A DNA stretch of 64,000 nt from an uncultured virus (IMG/VR IMGVR_UViG_3300025502_000013) (Duplodnaviria; Heunggongvirae; Uroviricota; Caudoviricetes), in the IMG/VR virus record IMGVR_UViG_3300025502_000013; one strand, written 5' to 3'. Position numbers and translations under genes: made by a program. Shown here in pieces: positions 27,701 to 35,900 of this stretch. How positions within the stretch are numbered: position 1 is the first letter of the stretch; every line of letters starts with the position of its first letter. The notes under the pieces are model-generated. The model was given only the letters and a program-made list of their open reading frames with translations, did not search any database and was not told the origin of the DNA.

Positions 27701-30700
27701 TGTCAACACGGAAGGTCGTCGTGGTCTTTTTTACACAGACGCTGCGAGTATTCAAGAAAAAGATATTGTCTTTACAGAAAGCGGTGTTGGGACTGTCATA
27801 AAGAGGCGGGACCTTGAAGACGGGTCCATTGAATTGACTGTTACGTCTTCGCGTGCTGTCCTTGATGCAGATGGTAACGAAGTAGATCTTCTTACCTCCT
27901 ACAATAAACTGTCCTCCCAGCCCGATGATGAAATACTTCTTCTTCAACGACCCGCCAAGGACAATGCCCCTCTCCCCCAGAAAGCTCGCAGTATTGGGTC
28001 CTCTGAGATTTCTGACTCTGATTATAACGAATTTGAAGGATTCACTGGGCCAGAAATTGTTGATGAAGAGGATAACGAAATTGAGCCTCCCCCCGTCCTT
28101 AACATGGCAGTCCCGGGAACTTCTCCAGCAGAGGACGTAAATGCTACCCCAGAGCAGGCAGCCATTATGGATGCTATCGCAGAGGGAGTTAAACGCGTTA
28201 AGGTTCTAGCATTTGCTGGAAGCGGTAAGACCACCAGTCTTAAGATGGCTGCTAAGTCAATTCTTAAAAAGAACCCTAAAGCCAAGATTCTTATGGTTAT
28301 GTTTAATGTCTCTTTGAAGGAAGAGACCTCTGCAAAAATGCCAAAAGGCGTCGAGGTTCGTACCTCTGGATCACTTGCTTTCCAGGCCTTAGACCCCCAG
28401 CTTAAAAACAAACTGAGTAACCAGGCAAATACAGCCAAGTTCCCCGACATGGCCGTTTCCCTCCGGCAGGAAACTAAAAAGCTCGGCATCCAGGGTCCTC
28501 GTAAGCTTACGGTTGATGGCTCAGAAGAAGAATTCAGTGCCACTAGAGTAGCTCGGGAAGTTAAGAGAGCTGCTATTAAATTTTCATACAGCTCAGATGA
28601 TAGAGTTACTGCTGAGCACTTTGGTGATAAATTTGATGAGGTTCCAGCCGAGCTGATTAATTTAGCGCAGAATTACTTTGACATGGCTGTATCGCCAAAT
28701 GGTGATATTAAGCTAGAGAATCACCACATTGTAAAGCTTTGGTCAATGTCCAACCCCGATCTGACAAAGTTTGGCTCTGGTGTCTGGAACACCGGAGCTC
28801 AGTATCTCTTTTTTGATGAGGCGCAAGACATCAACCCAGCCGTGGAAAAAGTTATCACCAACCAGAAAAACTTTGAGTCTATGGTCTGGGTCGGGGATAG
28901 CCGACAGGCTATTTATCAATTTATGGGTGCTGTAGATGCAATCAAGAGGTTCTCTGCCGACCGTGTGCTGGCACTCACACAGTCGTTCCGCTTCGGGGAA
29001 AAAATTGCTGGGATTGCGAATCGTGTGCTCAGTCTTATCGGTGAGCCAAGACGCATTAAAGGCTCCGGCCCGAGCGGTGAGATTATCGATGGCATGTCTG
29101 ATCCGACCATTGTTATCAGTCGAACTAACCCTGGTGGCTTGGCCAAGTTGGCTCAGTTTATTGAAGAAGGAAAAGCTGTCGCCATAGACGAAGACGCACT
29201 CATGGAGTACACATCTCTGCTCGACGGTATTGCTTTCCTCAGAGCACGCACTAACAATCCGGGACTAGAGCGCCCCGCCACACTGCACCCGCAACTTGTT
29301 GCATATGACGACTATAGCCAACTCCTTGAGGAGAAAAAAGAGGGAATGCTTGGCGGAGGTGCTTCTGCAATGCTCAACATTTTGCAGAAGTTCCAAGAGT
29401 CTCCTAACGACATCGGAGCTGTGCGTGATCTCATAAATCAGTTCTCCGTGGTTCGAGACATCCCCACTGCAAAGCGTAGTGAAGACTATAAAGCTCTTGA
29501 TTACGACGACATTGAGCCCGGAAGTATTGTCCAGGTCAACGCGGAGTCCGAGCAGGCTCGCAGGGGGAACTCCGCAGCTTACGCCTGGGTGGGAGACGAC
29601 GGCACAGTTTTTGCCCGAGCTTTTGGATTCAACCGAGGTCAAGGAGCTGCTCAAGAGCGCAAAGCTATGCATGCTTACTTTAAGTCTCTAGGGTTTAAAT
29701 GGGACCCAGAGGCAAGCATCCCCGACTCCTTGCGCCAGATAAAAAACTCTAACGGTAAGTCTATGCAGACTCCGCCCGAGGGGCAGGGTGGAGCATATGT
29801 TATGCCCGCCGGGTCTCCCACAAATCTGGACGAAAACGGTCGCTGGATGCTCGCCAATCAAATTAAAAAATACGCTAATAACTACTTCCAAACTCCAGAA
29901 ACTCCCATCTCGTTTACCACTGCCCACAGGGCAAAAGGCCGTGAGTGGGATCAAGTTCTAATTGCCGGGGACTTCCCAAAGCCAGATATGGACGAAGAAA
30001 GCCTTGAATGGAAGCTTCCCGATGAGGAGGAGCTAAACCTTATTTACGTAGCAGTCACTCGAGCAATTAAAGGCTTAGATCTTGGCTCCCTGAGTTGGGT
30101 GCTGGAGGAGACCACGGACGACGACGCCGCGTATCGTCAGCCAAGTGCTGAAGAGAGCGTCTTGAACATGGCTATTCCTACTAAAAAAGTCAGCAAAGTT
30201 GAATTTGTTGAAATGGTAGATGAAGCCGATCAAGCCTTGGCTGCCCAAACCCAGCGGGTTCTGGATGAGATTAAAACAGCAATTGCGGACGGGGAAACCC
30301 CCCCGTGGGTCGCCCCATGGCAGGCAACAACCAGAAATCAAAATACTACTCCGGGTCGTCTTCCTATAAGTGTTACTACCGGTAACGCCTACTCGGGAAG
30401 CAATCTTCTTTATCTGCAGGCAGTAGCTAAGAACAACGGTTGGTCAGATAACCGCTGGGCCACCCAGGGCGAAATAGATAAGCGCGGGGGCAAAGTAAAA
30501 GCAGGTGAGCTCCCCACTAGGATGACTGCTTGGTTGCCCAACTACACCACAATTTTAGATGACGAAGGCAACGAACTTGAGACCATTTATTCGGTAAGCC
30601 CTCAAGATCACTTTGTATATAACGTTGAGCAAGTAGACGGTCTAAGCAACCTTGGAAATACCCCTAGTGCCGCATCTCTTACCCCTTCAGAAGCAGAAAA

Positions 30701-32333
30701 TGCTATGTTGGCTTCCTACGTAGACGCACCCTCTATTGTTAACCAAGAATCCAGCCCCGAAGACGTCGAAAGCGGCCGGGCTGCCGCTAACTACCAGCTA
30801 ACCACGGACACCATCTCTCTGCCTCTCAGGGAAAACTTTCCTTCTAATGAGAAATATTTTGAAGCACTCGCCCATGAACTTATTCACTCAACAGGCGCGA
30901 CTCAGCGACTCAATAGGGAAAGTGTTGCCTTCCCCGGAGGGGTGAGTGCCTACTCCGCTGAGCAGTATGACGAAATGAGAGTCGAGGAAGAGTTTATTGC
31001 TCAGATTGGTACAGCTATTCTGGCCTCCCGGTTAGGGGTTAGCCTAGATATTCCAAACTTGGCTTCTTACATGAAAGCCTGGCAAGATGTGTACAGTGAC
31101 GACCCAGACCGCCTTGTGCGAGCAGCCAGAAAAGCTCAGGATGCTGCTGATTACATTCTTCGAGGCGGTGGCGGAGGCTCCGCGTCAGCCCCTGAGGCCG
31201 CCCCGCTAGATGATTTTCTTGTCTCCTCTACTGGCTGGCAGCTAGCCGTTCCCACAGAGCGTTTTAACATGGCTATCCCGTCGGAAGACACAACTCCGGA
31301 AAAACTAAAGAGTGAAGTTTCCGAAACTAAGACTAAAGCTCAAGAAATTTCTGAAAAAGTGACCAACATGGTTGTACAGGCCATTGAAGATGGAAAGGAG
31401 CTTCCATGGAACAAGCCGTGGACAAGCGACAACATTTTCTCGATGCCCTACAGCGTGACCTCAAATAAGCCCTACCGAGGATCTAACATTGTTTCCTTGT
31501 GGGTAGCGGCGGCAGTAAACGACTGGGAAGATAATCGCTGGATTACTTTCAACGAAGCCAAAAAGCGTGGTGGGTCCGTCAAAAAGGGCTCCAAAGGCAC
31601 TCAAATTGTTAACTGGAGCCCAGTCAAGAAGAACGTAGAACAGCCAGACGGAAGCATGAAAGAGGAAGTAGCCTTTATGCGGCCCTCAGTCTACACTGTG
31701 TTCAACGTGGAGCAGACAGAGGGTGTGCAAGACCTCCCCGAGCCCGAGTTGATGGAGCCAGTGCCGATTCTAGAGGCAGAAACTGCTGTCCTCGATCGGT
31801 ACAAAGATGCGCCTCCTATTAGCAATAAGCTTCAAGATGCCGCCTTCTGGCGTCCCTCAACAGACGAAATTGTTATGCCGCTTCGGGAACAATTTAGTGA
31901 TGTAGGAGAGTACATCGCTACCCTATTTCACGAACTTACCCACAGTACCGGGCACAAGAATCGGCTAGACCGTAGTGACCTTGGCGATAAGTATTCAACA
32001 CACCTTGATGCTCGAGGAGAGGAGGAGCTTGTTGCCGAAATAGGCTCTGCTATTCTTGCCGCCCGCATGGGAATAGAGCTAGACCTCACTCGAACAGCTG
32101 GTTACGCACAGTCCTGGTTGCGCCCTTTGAAGAATGATCCCGACATGATAACCAAGGCAGCTCAGAAGGCGCAGGCTGCAGTAGACTACATTCTCGGAGA
32201 CTCCCCCTACCGGGGAGAATCCGGTCGGACTGGTGAGGAGCGTGCAGCGGACCTAGAGGCCCCTGAAGCAAATGCCGAGCCCACTGCCCCAAACCTAGGA
32301 GAGCAGGGAGTACCTGGAGATAGCAATGATTGA
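18750..32333 (+). CDS. 4527-aa polyvalent, probably virion-internal protein: DEDDh exonuclease (~25080-25850), UvrD-like SF1 helicase (~28140-30100), two ArdC + zincin units (~30250-31165, ~31340-32200)
   Basis: FLDFES / AFNADFD / WHNAEID; AFAGSGKT / FDEAQD / VGDSRQAIY / HRAKGREW / YVAVTRA; PW..PW, Y.GSN, NRW, FNVEQ, HELIH and HELTH. Confidence 0.9.
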   Translation: MSDNIPVSPLNYHGSFEDENNQIIDAALEFAHDANQGYTGTRVATDGVVLDVARRTLRELDNHPFSVRKHLTLTDVSHFIVLLQKDKAVTASVQHTDLLPVAHPRSSAEHELSNQDLFAAKARWIADDPSIKDEETRAMVASMLTAPEGSAEREYYATRLENSPQGAIPVRALIAAFTGGLGANKGYWMRQRRDRKGRFAFEGGGLSVLVKGSTGAVRRLTGRTVGPGVGEKNDYFDMEVSPGSLVRVPASATESSKAYLPSPNAPDGYSPQKARVQAGDPVIDEKDLIRPDAPSGFNKVADGADVDSPEEKEYYGEDADFGTVYEDENYTVRQFDSGSSPVARDNFNLAQEAEQSCGLTAAGEGDNCPIKTSGAGENGSFDPEKPVLFVSRTDDASNPDIFAASQSWADTLDYIRQDEPRYEAEDRPAPYIKLGDPSRRDNLDPTRREEGPRGPDNRRVDPHGFIIPDKPGLIDGGGRVRPDGTRELLEGRRPDSYPMRIPLPGPWNPRIPGTGRRPRPGGGRAPGGGGRSPGTGRRWGSNGPNEGHAPYPIPGRRVYPGEIADMRVGSEMEQYLGGFLSTLFGTAKKRQLRKTGADEWVDLETGETYTNDQVSEMAATSGKDSSPFTGLATGPEVRPGTFTKMMSGSLFSELPTGSELNDHLRLFNVMTQFRKVGYNQWRRWDGKIFTDAEVQKKSGTMQIDRVGEFGPGRPPGGEVSGESSKPRLPRGPLTPEELAELRPGSLISIPGEDDQPPRFFVKVGENDWREIDPENFTSDPAVSFTDEDILNMGKDITLEKEPEAYEQGQLGMRPSDLSPEALENLPEGTVVGTSDEEIDNLNIPRQPYATEEAYQAALEEAKEFYRRNRWRKRGPNEWVNDFGEFATDADIADGKKTPGLIISLGDEVSTPEGYYDLNREELYTPTGGAEGQTSPDFTDDPAELAQRFSEEELQAALKEALENPNGFGYLEFAEGDEPVPAEALYYALVRKLGVDVADKFVSVVYGEGRAFDAETELAREFPDILSDDPGKRQAALIEAWNTQWGRSKFALDRDGNFTVTGKDNDSIATQYLLDKIRAEEWGQEFLNDFQEEYGEVLNDRTKAAIKDLFKAYPGLESSDPKEREAAVLRALDDLISDDEYVADEDGNIVEVSPKTALTKLLWDMAQEFIGGTSAPTGRKEEGNLPSVIEGASEEEKAEFDKTGDPTPFLPKDNPESFENVWNNYYNPLPEPYDPKDGPDQINPVNLARKFTPDQLKEQLREAILDGSGYGVVAFEGPSGEPIEFRVPAEALRDALQLQGEDANAFIQDIFNENLSPAKQVQKLIDEIADLKARRDAETNSTEKGKLTRQINKKTAEIGMRYKAIVALKKREAQLDRLSKQSSLSDEERQQVLDKLEQVRARREQEEGIFNGDLEQGESMTPFEENVDAELEKFDFEQASTRTPVEPPAAESPETVEKDKPKPVVSYKRVGNKVFIRQRTGRVITNNPEFKEFIKENGFVYDSKVDKVFEISEMDDTEFNEFMRTVRDRFGISLEPEKGQEAIDFDASPSPTPRPVPSPAEFGKSPNSASIIESLQRRIADIQEFVRKKVVPLLRSDKSDESRQGQQLNRRAENITRKLKNRISRHQDEAPVGKDARDPRVLNIRPTDYQVGDVFVDDLFTVDRIEVSEPITDRQSPYFGEREIVYFGHYPGGVEQMKKRPENFRTDGVYRGLGSPAGGDLPALNSPKGEEYLPEAARNQPRGNLEQIEREPLDGRERRNLYGPKQRDFPEEHDKFLRDYEKYEADLAERRASWSPPAPSGETRPTTTSEGQGAPTPGPRPKIVTGSDEAQNLKPGDITYRENPDGSLEFFVVQTVENRKVKTGTKTVTQEAPEAPQVVDTETAQSALDEAVRRYPELGEDDPARRKRAYAKLIGEFYAEAQQAGEARKEGKDYVPLEGPLGERFGWLLSQRERVVAGEPLSVEEVVPGEPREIEEDVFEEKTFVTGYHPGHEIQEKSWSPQTTINYVRGETGLPPAGDKPAVPGKTDIYASTSNKAERARLLAERESTLSESSKLYALDSAAKVNAVPSKVKNPNSFVMIGKFVPAFFGKKILDLVRGKTGKEIKEELKSKRVVFLDFESVGKGFDRRNPDAPIQVAAVVYENGQETGRKVLFINPGERLGGYYYEAYPKKDQDAAPGDVTPGKLPDGSRVGQIVGDELITYTRQGARWVNDANSEDVLNTTQLKTRSSETLKLNEEGQPTLRGNRLRDSDGNPITDEFLSSQKGLEESFRELIDFIGEDAYLSAFNADFDINLLDSFAERLGLDFRSDGFIDPLALARALNPDDSVPNNLPSVATRYGIIRDPDDWHNAEIDVEVLPDLLDKMLDEVTPDNSVLDADKRAAEYENGIRRYFEQLDQWEAQEGITPRSPAPVEAQEEPTPTPTPTPAPAPAPQGEDTSSDQEIDAMGIGANPRSIFGDTINEEWIADEENTIVVANSASNVRDLRIGDFFGDQNGEYNELLVVETDPITGRETFTYRNVNTGEIFRAFGAPGSQARVGTDQMPLRRRSELDGLSNAEILGLLNNRARRDSLNMAVPEVQFEDGASRAVSKAIDDFINEGRGDASVSDGLPARETSAMHTDKNGFALAVDDLVYNPKTGTTHKVTQTYPTYSKNEYVNYVRISFINSKGQADSKPMASDKLELINPPAQEEALSPLSDVFGEQVVIGGKKEKPRDPILIARTIERLMGYLNPGPGYIRPIGNAIKAAIKAYRNNDFASAERFAGAAVDYADSIEAPKITVEDIKNQVADRARGLAGLIQLPETGPAPREAFAEAVGLYNTGKYAQARRKLDTVEDLLWNEAEEARQSAGRSPQTAVKKFIDGVGELESAIDAPLTREYFARLLRDAQRKDYDFENKEGIIQEALQAIRDGFIIPGYQVLERLARTRERQLDQKNPKRRKLGEESYTQRLTAEINSDVAEKPGSSADELAETGTPEEAAQEQLDQVVNTEGRRGLFYTDAASIQEKDIVFTESGVGTVIKRRDLEDGSIELTVTSSRAVLDADGNEVDLLTSYNKLSSQPDDEILLLQRPAKDNAPLPQKARSIGSSEISDSDYNEFEGFTGPEIVDEEDNEIEPPPVLNMAVPGTSPAEDVNATPEQAAIMDAIAEGVKRVKVLAFAGSGKTTSLKMAAKSILKKNPKAKILMVMFNVSLKEETSAKMPKGVEVRTSGSLAFQALDPQLKNKLSNQANTAKFPDMAVSLRQETKKLGIQGPRKLTVDGSEEEFSATRVAREVKRAAIKFSYSSDDRVTAEHFGDKFDEVPAELINLAQNYFDMAVSPNGDIKLENHHIVKLWSMSNPDLTKFGSGVWNTGAQYLFFDEAQDINPAVEKVITNQKNFESMVWVGDSRQAIYQFMGAVDAIKRFSADRVLALTQSFRFGEKIAGIANRVLSLIGEPRRIKGSGPSGEIIDGMSDPTIVISRTNPGGLAKLAQFIEEGKAVAIDEDALMEYTSLLDGIAFLRARTNNPGLERPATLHPQLVAYDDYSQLLEEKKEGMLGGGASAMLNILQKFQESPNDIGAVRDLINQFSVVRDIPTAKRSEDYKALDYDDIEPGSIVQVNAESEQARRGNSAAYAWVGDDGTVFARAFGFNRGQGAAQERKAMHAYFKSLGFKWDPEASIPDSLRQIKNSNGKSMQTPPEGQGGAYVMPAGSPTNLDENGRWMLANQIKKYANNYFQTPETPISFTTAHRAKGREWDQVLIAGDFPKPDMDEESLEWKLPDEEELNLIYVAVTRAIKGLDLGSLSWVLEETTDDDAAYRQPSAEESVLNMAIPTKKVSKVEFVEMVDEADQALAAQTQRVLDEIKTAIADGETPPWVAPWQATTRNQNTTPGRLPISVTTGNAYSGSNLLYLQAVAKNNGWSDNRWATQGEIDKRGGKVKAGELPTRMTAWLPNYTTILDDEGNELETIYSVSPQDHFVYNVEQVDGLSNLGNTPSAASLTPSEAENAMLASYVDAPSIVNQESSPEDVESGRAAANYQLTTDTISLPLRENFPSNEKYFEALAHELIHSTGATQRLNRESVAFPGGVSAYSAEQYDEMRVEEEFIAQIGTAILASRLGVSLDIPNLASYMKAWQDVYSDDPDRLVRAARKAQDAADYILRGGGGGSASAPEAAPLDDFLVSSTGWQLAVPTERFNMAIPSEDTTPEKLKSEVSETKTKAQEISEKVTNMVVQAIEDGKELPWNKPWTSDNIFSMPYSVTSNKPYRGSNIVSLWVAAAVNDWEDNRWITFNEAKKRGGSVKKGSKGTQIVNWSPVKKNVEQPDGSMKEEVAFMRPSVYTVFNVEQTEGVQDLPEPELMEPVPILEAETAVLDRYKDAPPISNKLQDAAFWRPSTDEIVMPLREQFSDVGEYIATLFHELTHSTGHKNRLDRSDLGDKYSTHLDARGEEELVAEIGSAILAARMGIELDLTRTAGYAQSWLRPLKNDPDMITKAAQKAQAAVDYILGDSPYRGESGRTGEERAADLEAPEANAEPTAPNLGEQGVPGDSND

Positions 32334-32472
32334 AAACTTTCTAGACAAAAAATCGGTTGAAGACTACTATTATATTGTGGACAGTGCTTTCTATGACGGA
32401 ACTGCTGCAGAAGACGTAGAGTCCGATAAAAAGTACGCTGAAGAGAATCCCGAAAAGGCGGAGGATTTATAA
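32326..32472 (+). CDS. 48-aa acidic protein (not in ORF track)
   Basis: GGAG RBS; overlaps the end of the giant gene. Confidence 0.55.
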   Translation: MIENFLDKKSVEDYYYIVDSAFYDGTAAEDVESDKKYAEENPEKAEDL

Positions 32473-32630
32473 TGGATAAAGATAAAACACCCACAATGTG
32501 GACTGAAGAGATCCTTGAAAAGTATCTCCGAGTAATCGAGCTAGCCGAAGTAGACCCAAATGTTCTTCAAGAAAGAGCAGATGCTGTTGTACCCATAGAG
32601 TTGCCAGAAGGAGAGAAGCCCCGTGAGTGA
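32472..32630 (+). CDS. 52-aa protein (not in ORF track)
   Basis: GGAGG RBS; TAATG coupling. Confidence 0.6.
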   Translation: MDKDKTPTMWTEEILEKYLRVIELAEVDPNVLQERADAVVPIELPEGEKPRE

Positions 32631-32907
32631 TTCTCCTGAAGAAAAATTAACAGATCATATGTACATTATTTATGACGCTCCCACGGGTCAAGTCACCCAG
32701 GTTAAGTACGAAACAGCTGCGCACGGGCTGTGGACCAGAATTCAAGGGGAGTGGCGGGAATTAGCTTTAGAAGATGAGAGCGAAGATTTTATGGAGCGCA
32801 GAGAAATTGCTGGAAAAAACTACCTAGAAACTCGTGACTATTTTGACGACCAAACCGAGCAAAAGATACTTACCTACGAGCCAGAGTACAGGATGTGGTT
32901 TGCTTAA
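32623..32907 (+). CDS. Hypothetical protein
   Basis: AAGGAG RBS; operon packing. Confidence 0.7.
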   Translation: MSDSPEEKLTDHMYIIYDAPTGQVTQVKYETAAHGLWTRIQGEWRELALEDESEDFMERREIAGKNYLETRDYFDDQTEQKILTYEPEYRMWFA

Positions 32908-35900
32908 TGATTGAGCTCTTAGGGCATAGAGGCAATAGAGTCTTATTCGACGATGACGGATATGGCGTCATTATCGACGCCCAAGAAAACACTGTAGTCG
33001 AGTACGGAGAGACCGACTCTTTGGTTGCCTCGGCAGACTGGAGCTCCTCTACGGAGTCAGGGAATTATGCACTTGCAGAAGAGCTGGCTTCTGCCGCGCT
33101 TACTGATTTAGATATAAATGTACTCTCAGCCAATGACCGTATGTACACCATCCCCGCCGGTGTGAAAGAAGAGGCAAAAAGAGGACTTAAGTGGCGCAAA
33201 GAGGAAAGCCGTGGAGGCACTAGCGTTGGCCTGAATACCGCCCGGACTTTGGCAAAAGGTGGCCAAATTGGGATTAAAAAAGTTAGGCACATTGCTAAAT
33301 ATTTTCCACGGCATGAGGTTGATAAAAAAGGTAAAGGCTACAAGCCCAAAGAAGACGGGTACCCCAGCAATGGTCGTATTGCATGGGCACTTTGGGGAGG
33401 CGACTCCGGTAAGAGCTGGGCCTCAAGGATTGTAGAAAGCGAAGACAAAAAAAATAAAAAAGGTGTCTCCGCCGGGGGGTATGACCAGAGCCCTAGGGTA
33501 GATTTCTCTGCTTTTACAGAAAAAACAGATTTTTATGTACGAATTAGATTAGATGGAACCGGCATTGACAGGCTTTATCGCGTTCTGACAGACGGCATGT
33601 GCCAAGTTTGGGACGACGGCTGCTGGGACGATATGGGCGATATTTCGTTTGACTTTATCACCTATGACAAAGCCCTGGACGACCCCTACGACTCCTGTAA
33701 AAAAATTCATGTTCCCGTAGACCTTAAAACAGCTGTAGCCGTTTCTGCTTTGTTTGACAGTGACCCCTACAGAGCTGTGAAAATAGTAGAAATTGAGCCA
33801 GAGGAAACAACCCTATTTGAAAAATCCATGGCTGAGCTTGACTGGGATGTTTTTGACCAGCTAAGTGATGACCAGCTTGAGGTAGACGACTACTGGGACG
33901 ACGGTCTTACAGCTTCAGGAACAGCTACTTTTGCAGAAGAAGCTGACAGTACCCCGGGTGTCTACACCGACGAGGAGCGCTCCGAGAACGCCTCGACTCA
34001 GGTTAGAGACCGTCTTGGTCGCTTTGCCGAGGTGGGCCAGCGAGTTGTTATTGGTGGGAACTACAACTACCAGGGAAACATTACAGCACTAGACGGAGCC
34101 ACAAAGCAGATTAGTGTCGAACTAGACAACGGCACGTCTGTTGATGTGCCGGGGGACTCTGTGCAGGATGTCTCCACTTTTGAACCAATCCCAGTGTCTA
34201 GTCCTACTGCCACTCCTTTGGATTACACAGGAATCCTCGGAGAGCCCAGAGTTCCCATCGACCAGCCCAATGCCATGCTGCCTGGACGCCTCCCCCCTCT
34301 CACCGCAACTGACACAAATCTTCTGGTAAACGACTGGGATTCCTGGGTTGCGGGGCAGCGGCTAGCCCCTGAATACTCAGGCGACCCCCTCCCTCCTTTT
34401 GTTCCCAAAGAGGTTCCTGATATTAATACGGCTATGGGGCGCTACTACGAGGGAGCATTTAATCCTGACGGATCCACCAAACCTGGTTGGAACCCCGCAG
34501 TGGCGCAGAACGTATTTAACGAACCGCTTCTACGCGACTGGCTAGATGAGCGGTACGCCAACAATTCTGGGGAAATCGGGTACCACAACCGTGGTTGGTA
34601 TACGCCTCCTGTAACGCCAAGGTCCACGCCTGTTGAGCAAAAAAAGACTCGTAGTGAGGTATACGACCCCACCAACGTGGCCTACTGGAATGATAGATTT
34701 AATCCAGTTAACTTCTCTATTACCGCTGCTGCTGACGATAAGCCCCTAACTCCCGAAACAAGTGATGTTCCGGTCATGTACCTGGCTATTGTAGCTGACG
34801 ACGACCCCCAGGCGGTTATGGAGCTTGTAGCGTTGGTGCCTGCGTCAAAAACAAGCAACGCTCCTTTCGCGTACAAGCGTGAGCCCGGCAAGTGGGTTGC
34901 TGATAACCAGATTATCTCTGATCTTAGAAGTGCAACACCACCCCCCGTAATTGTCCTTGACAACGAAATGCTTTCAGAAGTCACTGAGCAGATTGATAGT
35001 ATACAAGCCTCTGTGAAGCTTCCCTACTTTATTGCCCACACAGACAACAAGATTATTCGGGCATTAGTAGCCGCCGGTGGAGCTGACCGCAACCGTGGCA
35101 ACGCTGAAAAGCTTCGCAGGTACTGGACTGTTGGCAAAGGCGGATTGAAAATTCGCTGGAACACTCCTGGTGATTGGACTCGGTGTAACCGCCAACTTAA
35201 GAAGTACATGGGTCCCCGTGCAAAAGGCTACTGCGCTCTCCGCCACAAAGAGATGACAGGTGTCTGGCCTGGAGATAAGAAAAATATTGGTAAGAAAACC
35301 AAGAAAGCACTGAAAGCATCTGCTGAACTAGAAACACTTAAATCTGAAGACCAGATTATTTCTGAATTTACTTTAAGAGCTAAGGCCGAGTCCGCCAGGT
35401 CACGAGTTGCTGGGAGGCACGGAGTTTCTCCAACTCTGCACGGCCTTGAGTTTGTAATCCCCCTCGTCATCCCTGAAAACGTAGAAACGGGGGATGGACG
35501 TATATTTAAAAAAGGATCGATCACCCTAAGAAGTCTTCCTCTGCCTCTTCTATGGCAGATTAAAACAGGGGACGGCCATGACGGGTCCGTTGTGGTTGGT
35601 CAAATTATTTATATGGAAAGAACTAATGAAGGCATAGGAAATGCCTATGGAGTTTTTGATACAGGACCCTTCGCTAAAGAAGCAGAGCGTTTAGTTCGTC
35701 ATGGGTTTATTCGTGGGGTTTCTGCGGACATGGATAAATTTGAAACTGTAGACGAAATTCTCCCTGAAGACGAAGCCGGAGAGAAGTCAGATGATGACAA
35801 CGCCGGTAAAATAAATATAAAGAGCGCCCGTGTGATGGCTGTAACTATTGTCCCTAAACCAGCTTTCCAAGAGTGCTACATTCAAATTGTTGATAACTCC

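Noticed and set aside
26460..31280. NMAxP methionines as internal translation starts
   Set aside because: No consistent Shine-Dalgarno upstream, and residues on both sides of the Met are conserved with synonymous variation; not fully excluded
18750..32333. Inteins or a missed stop explaining the giant ORF
   Set aside because: No intein C/S...HN boundary or LAGLIDADG motifs recognised; the frame is continuous with coherent domains
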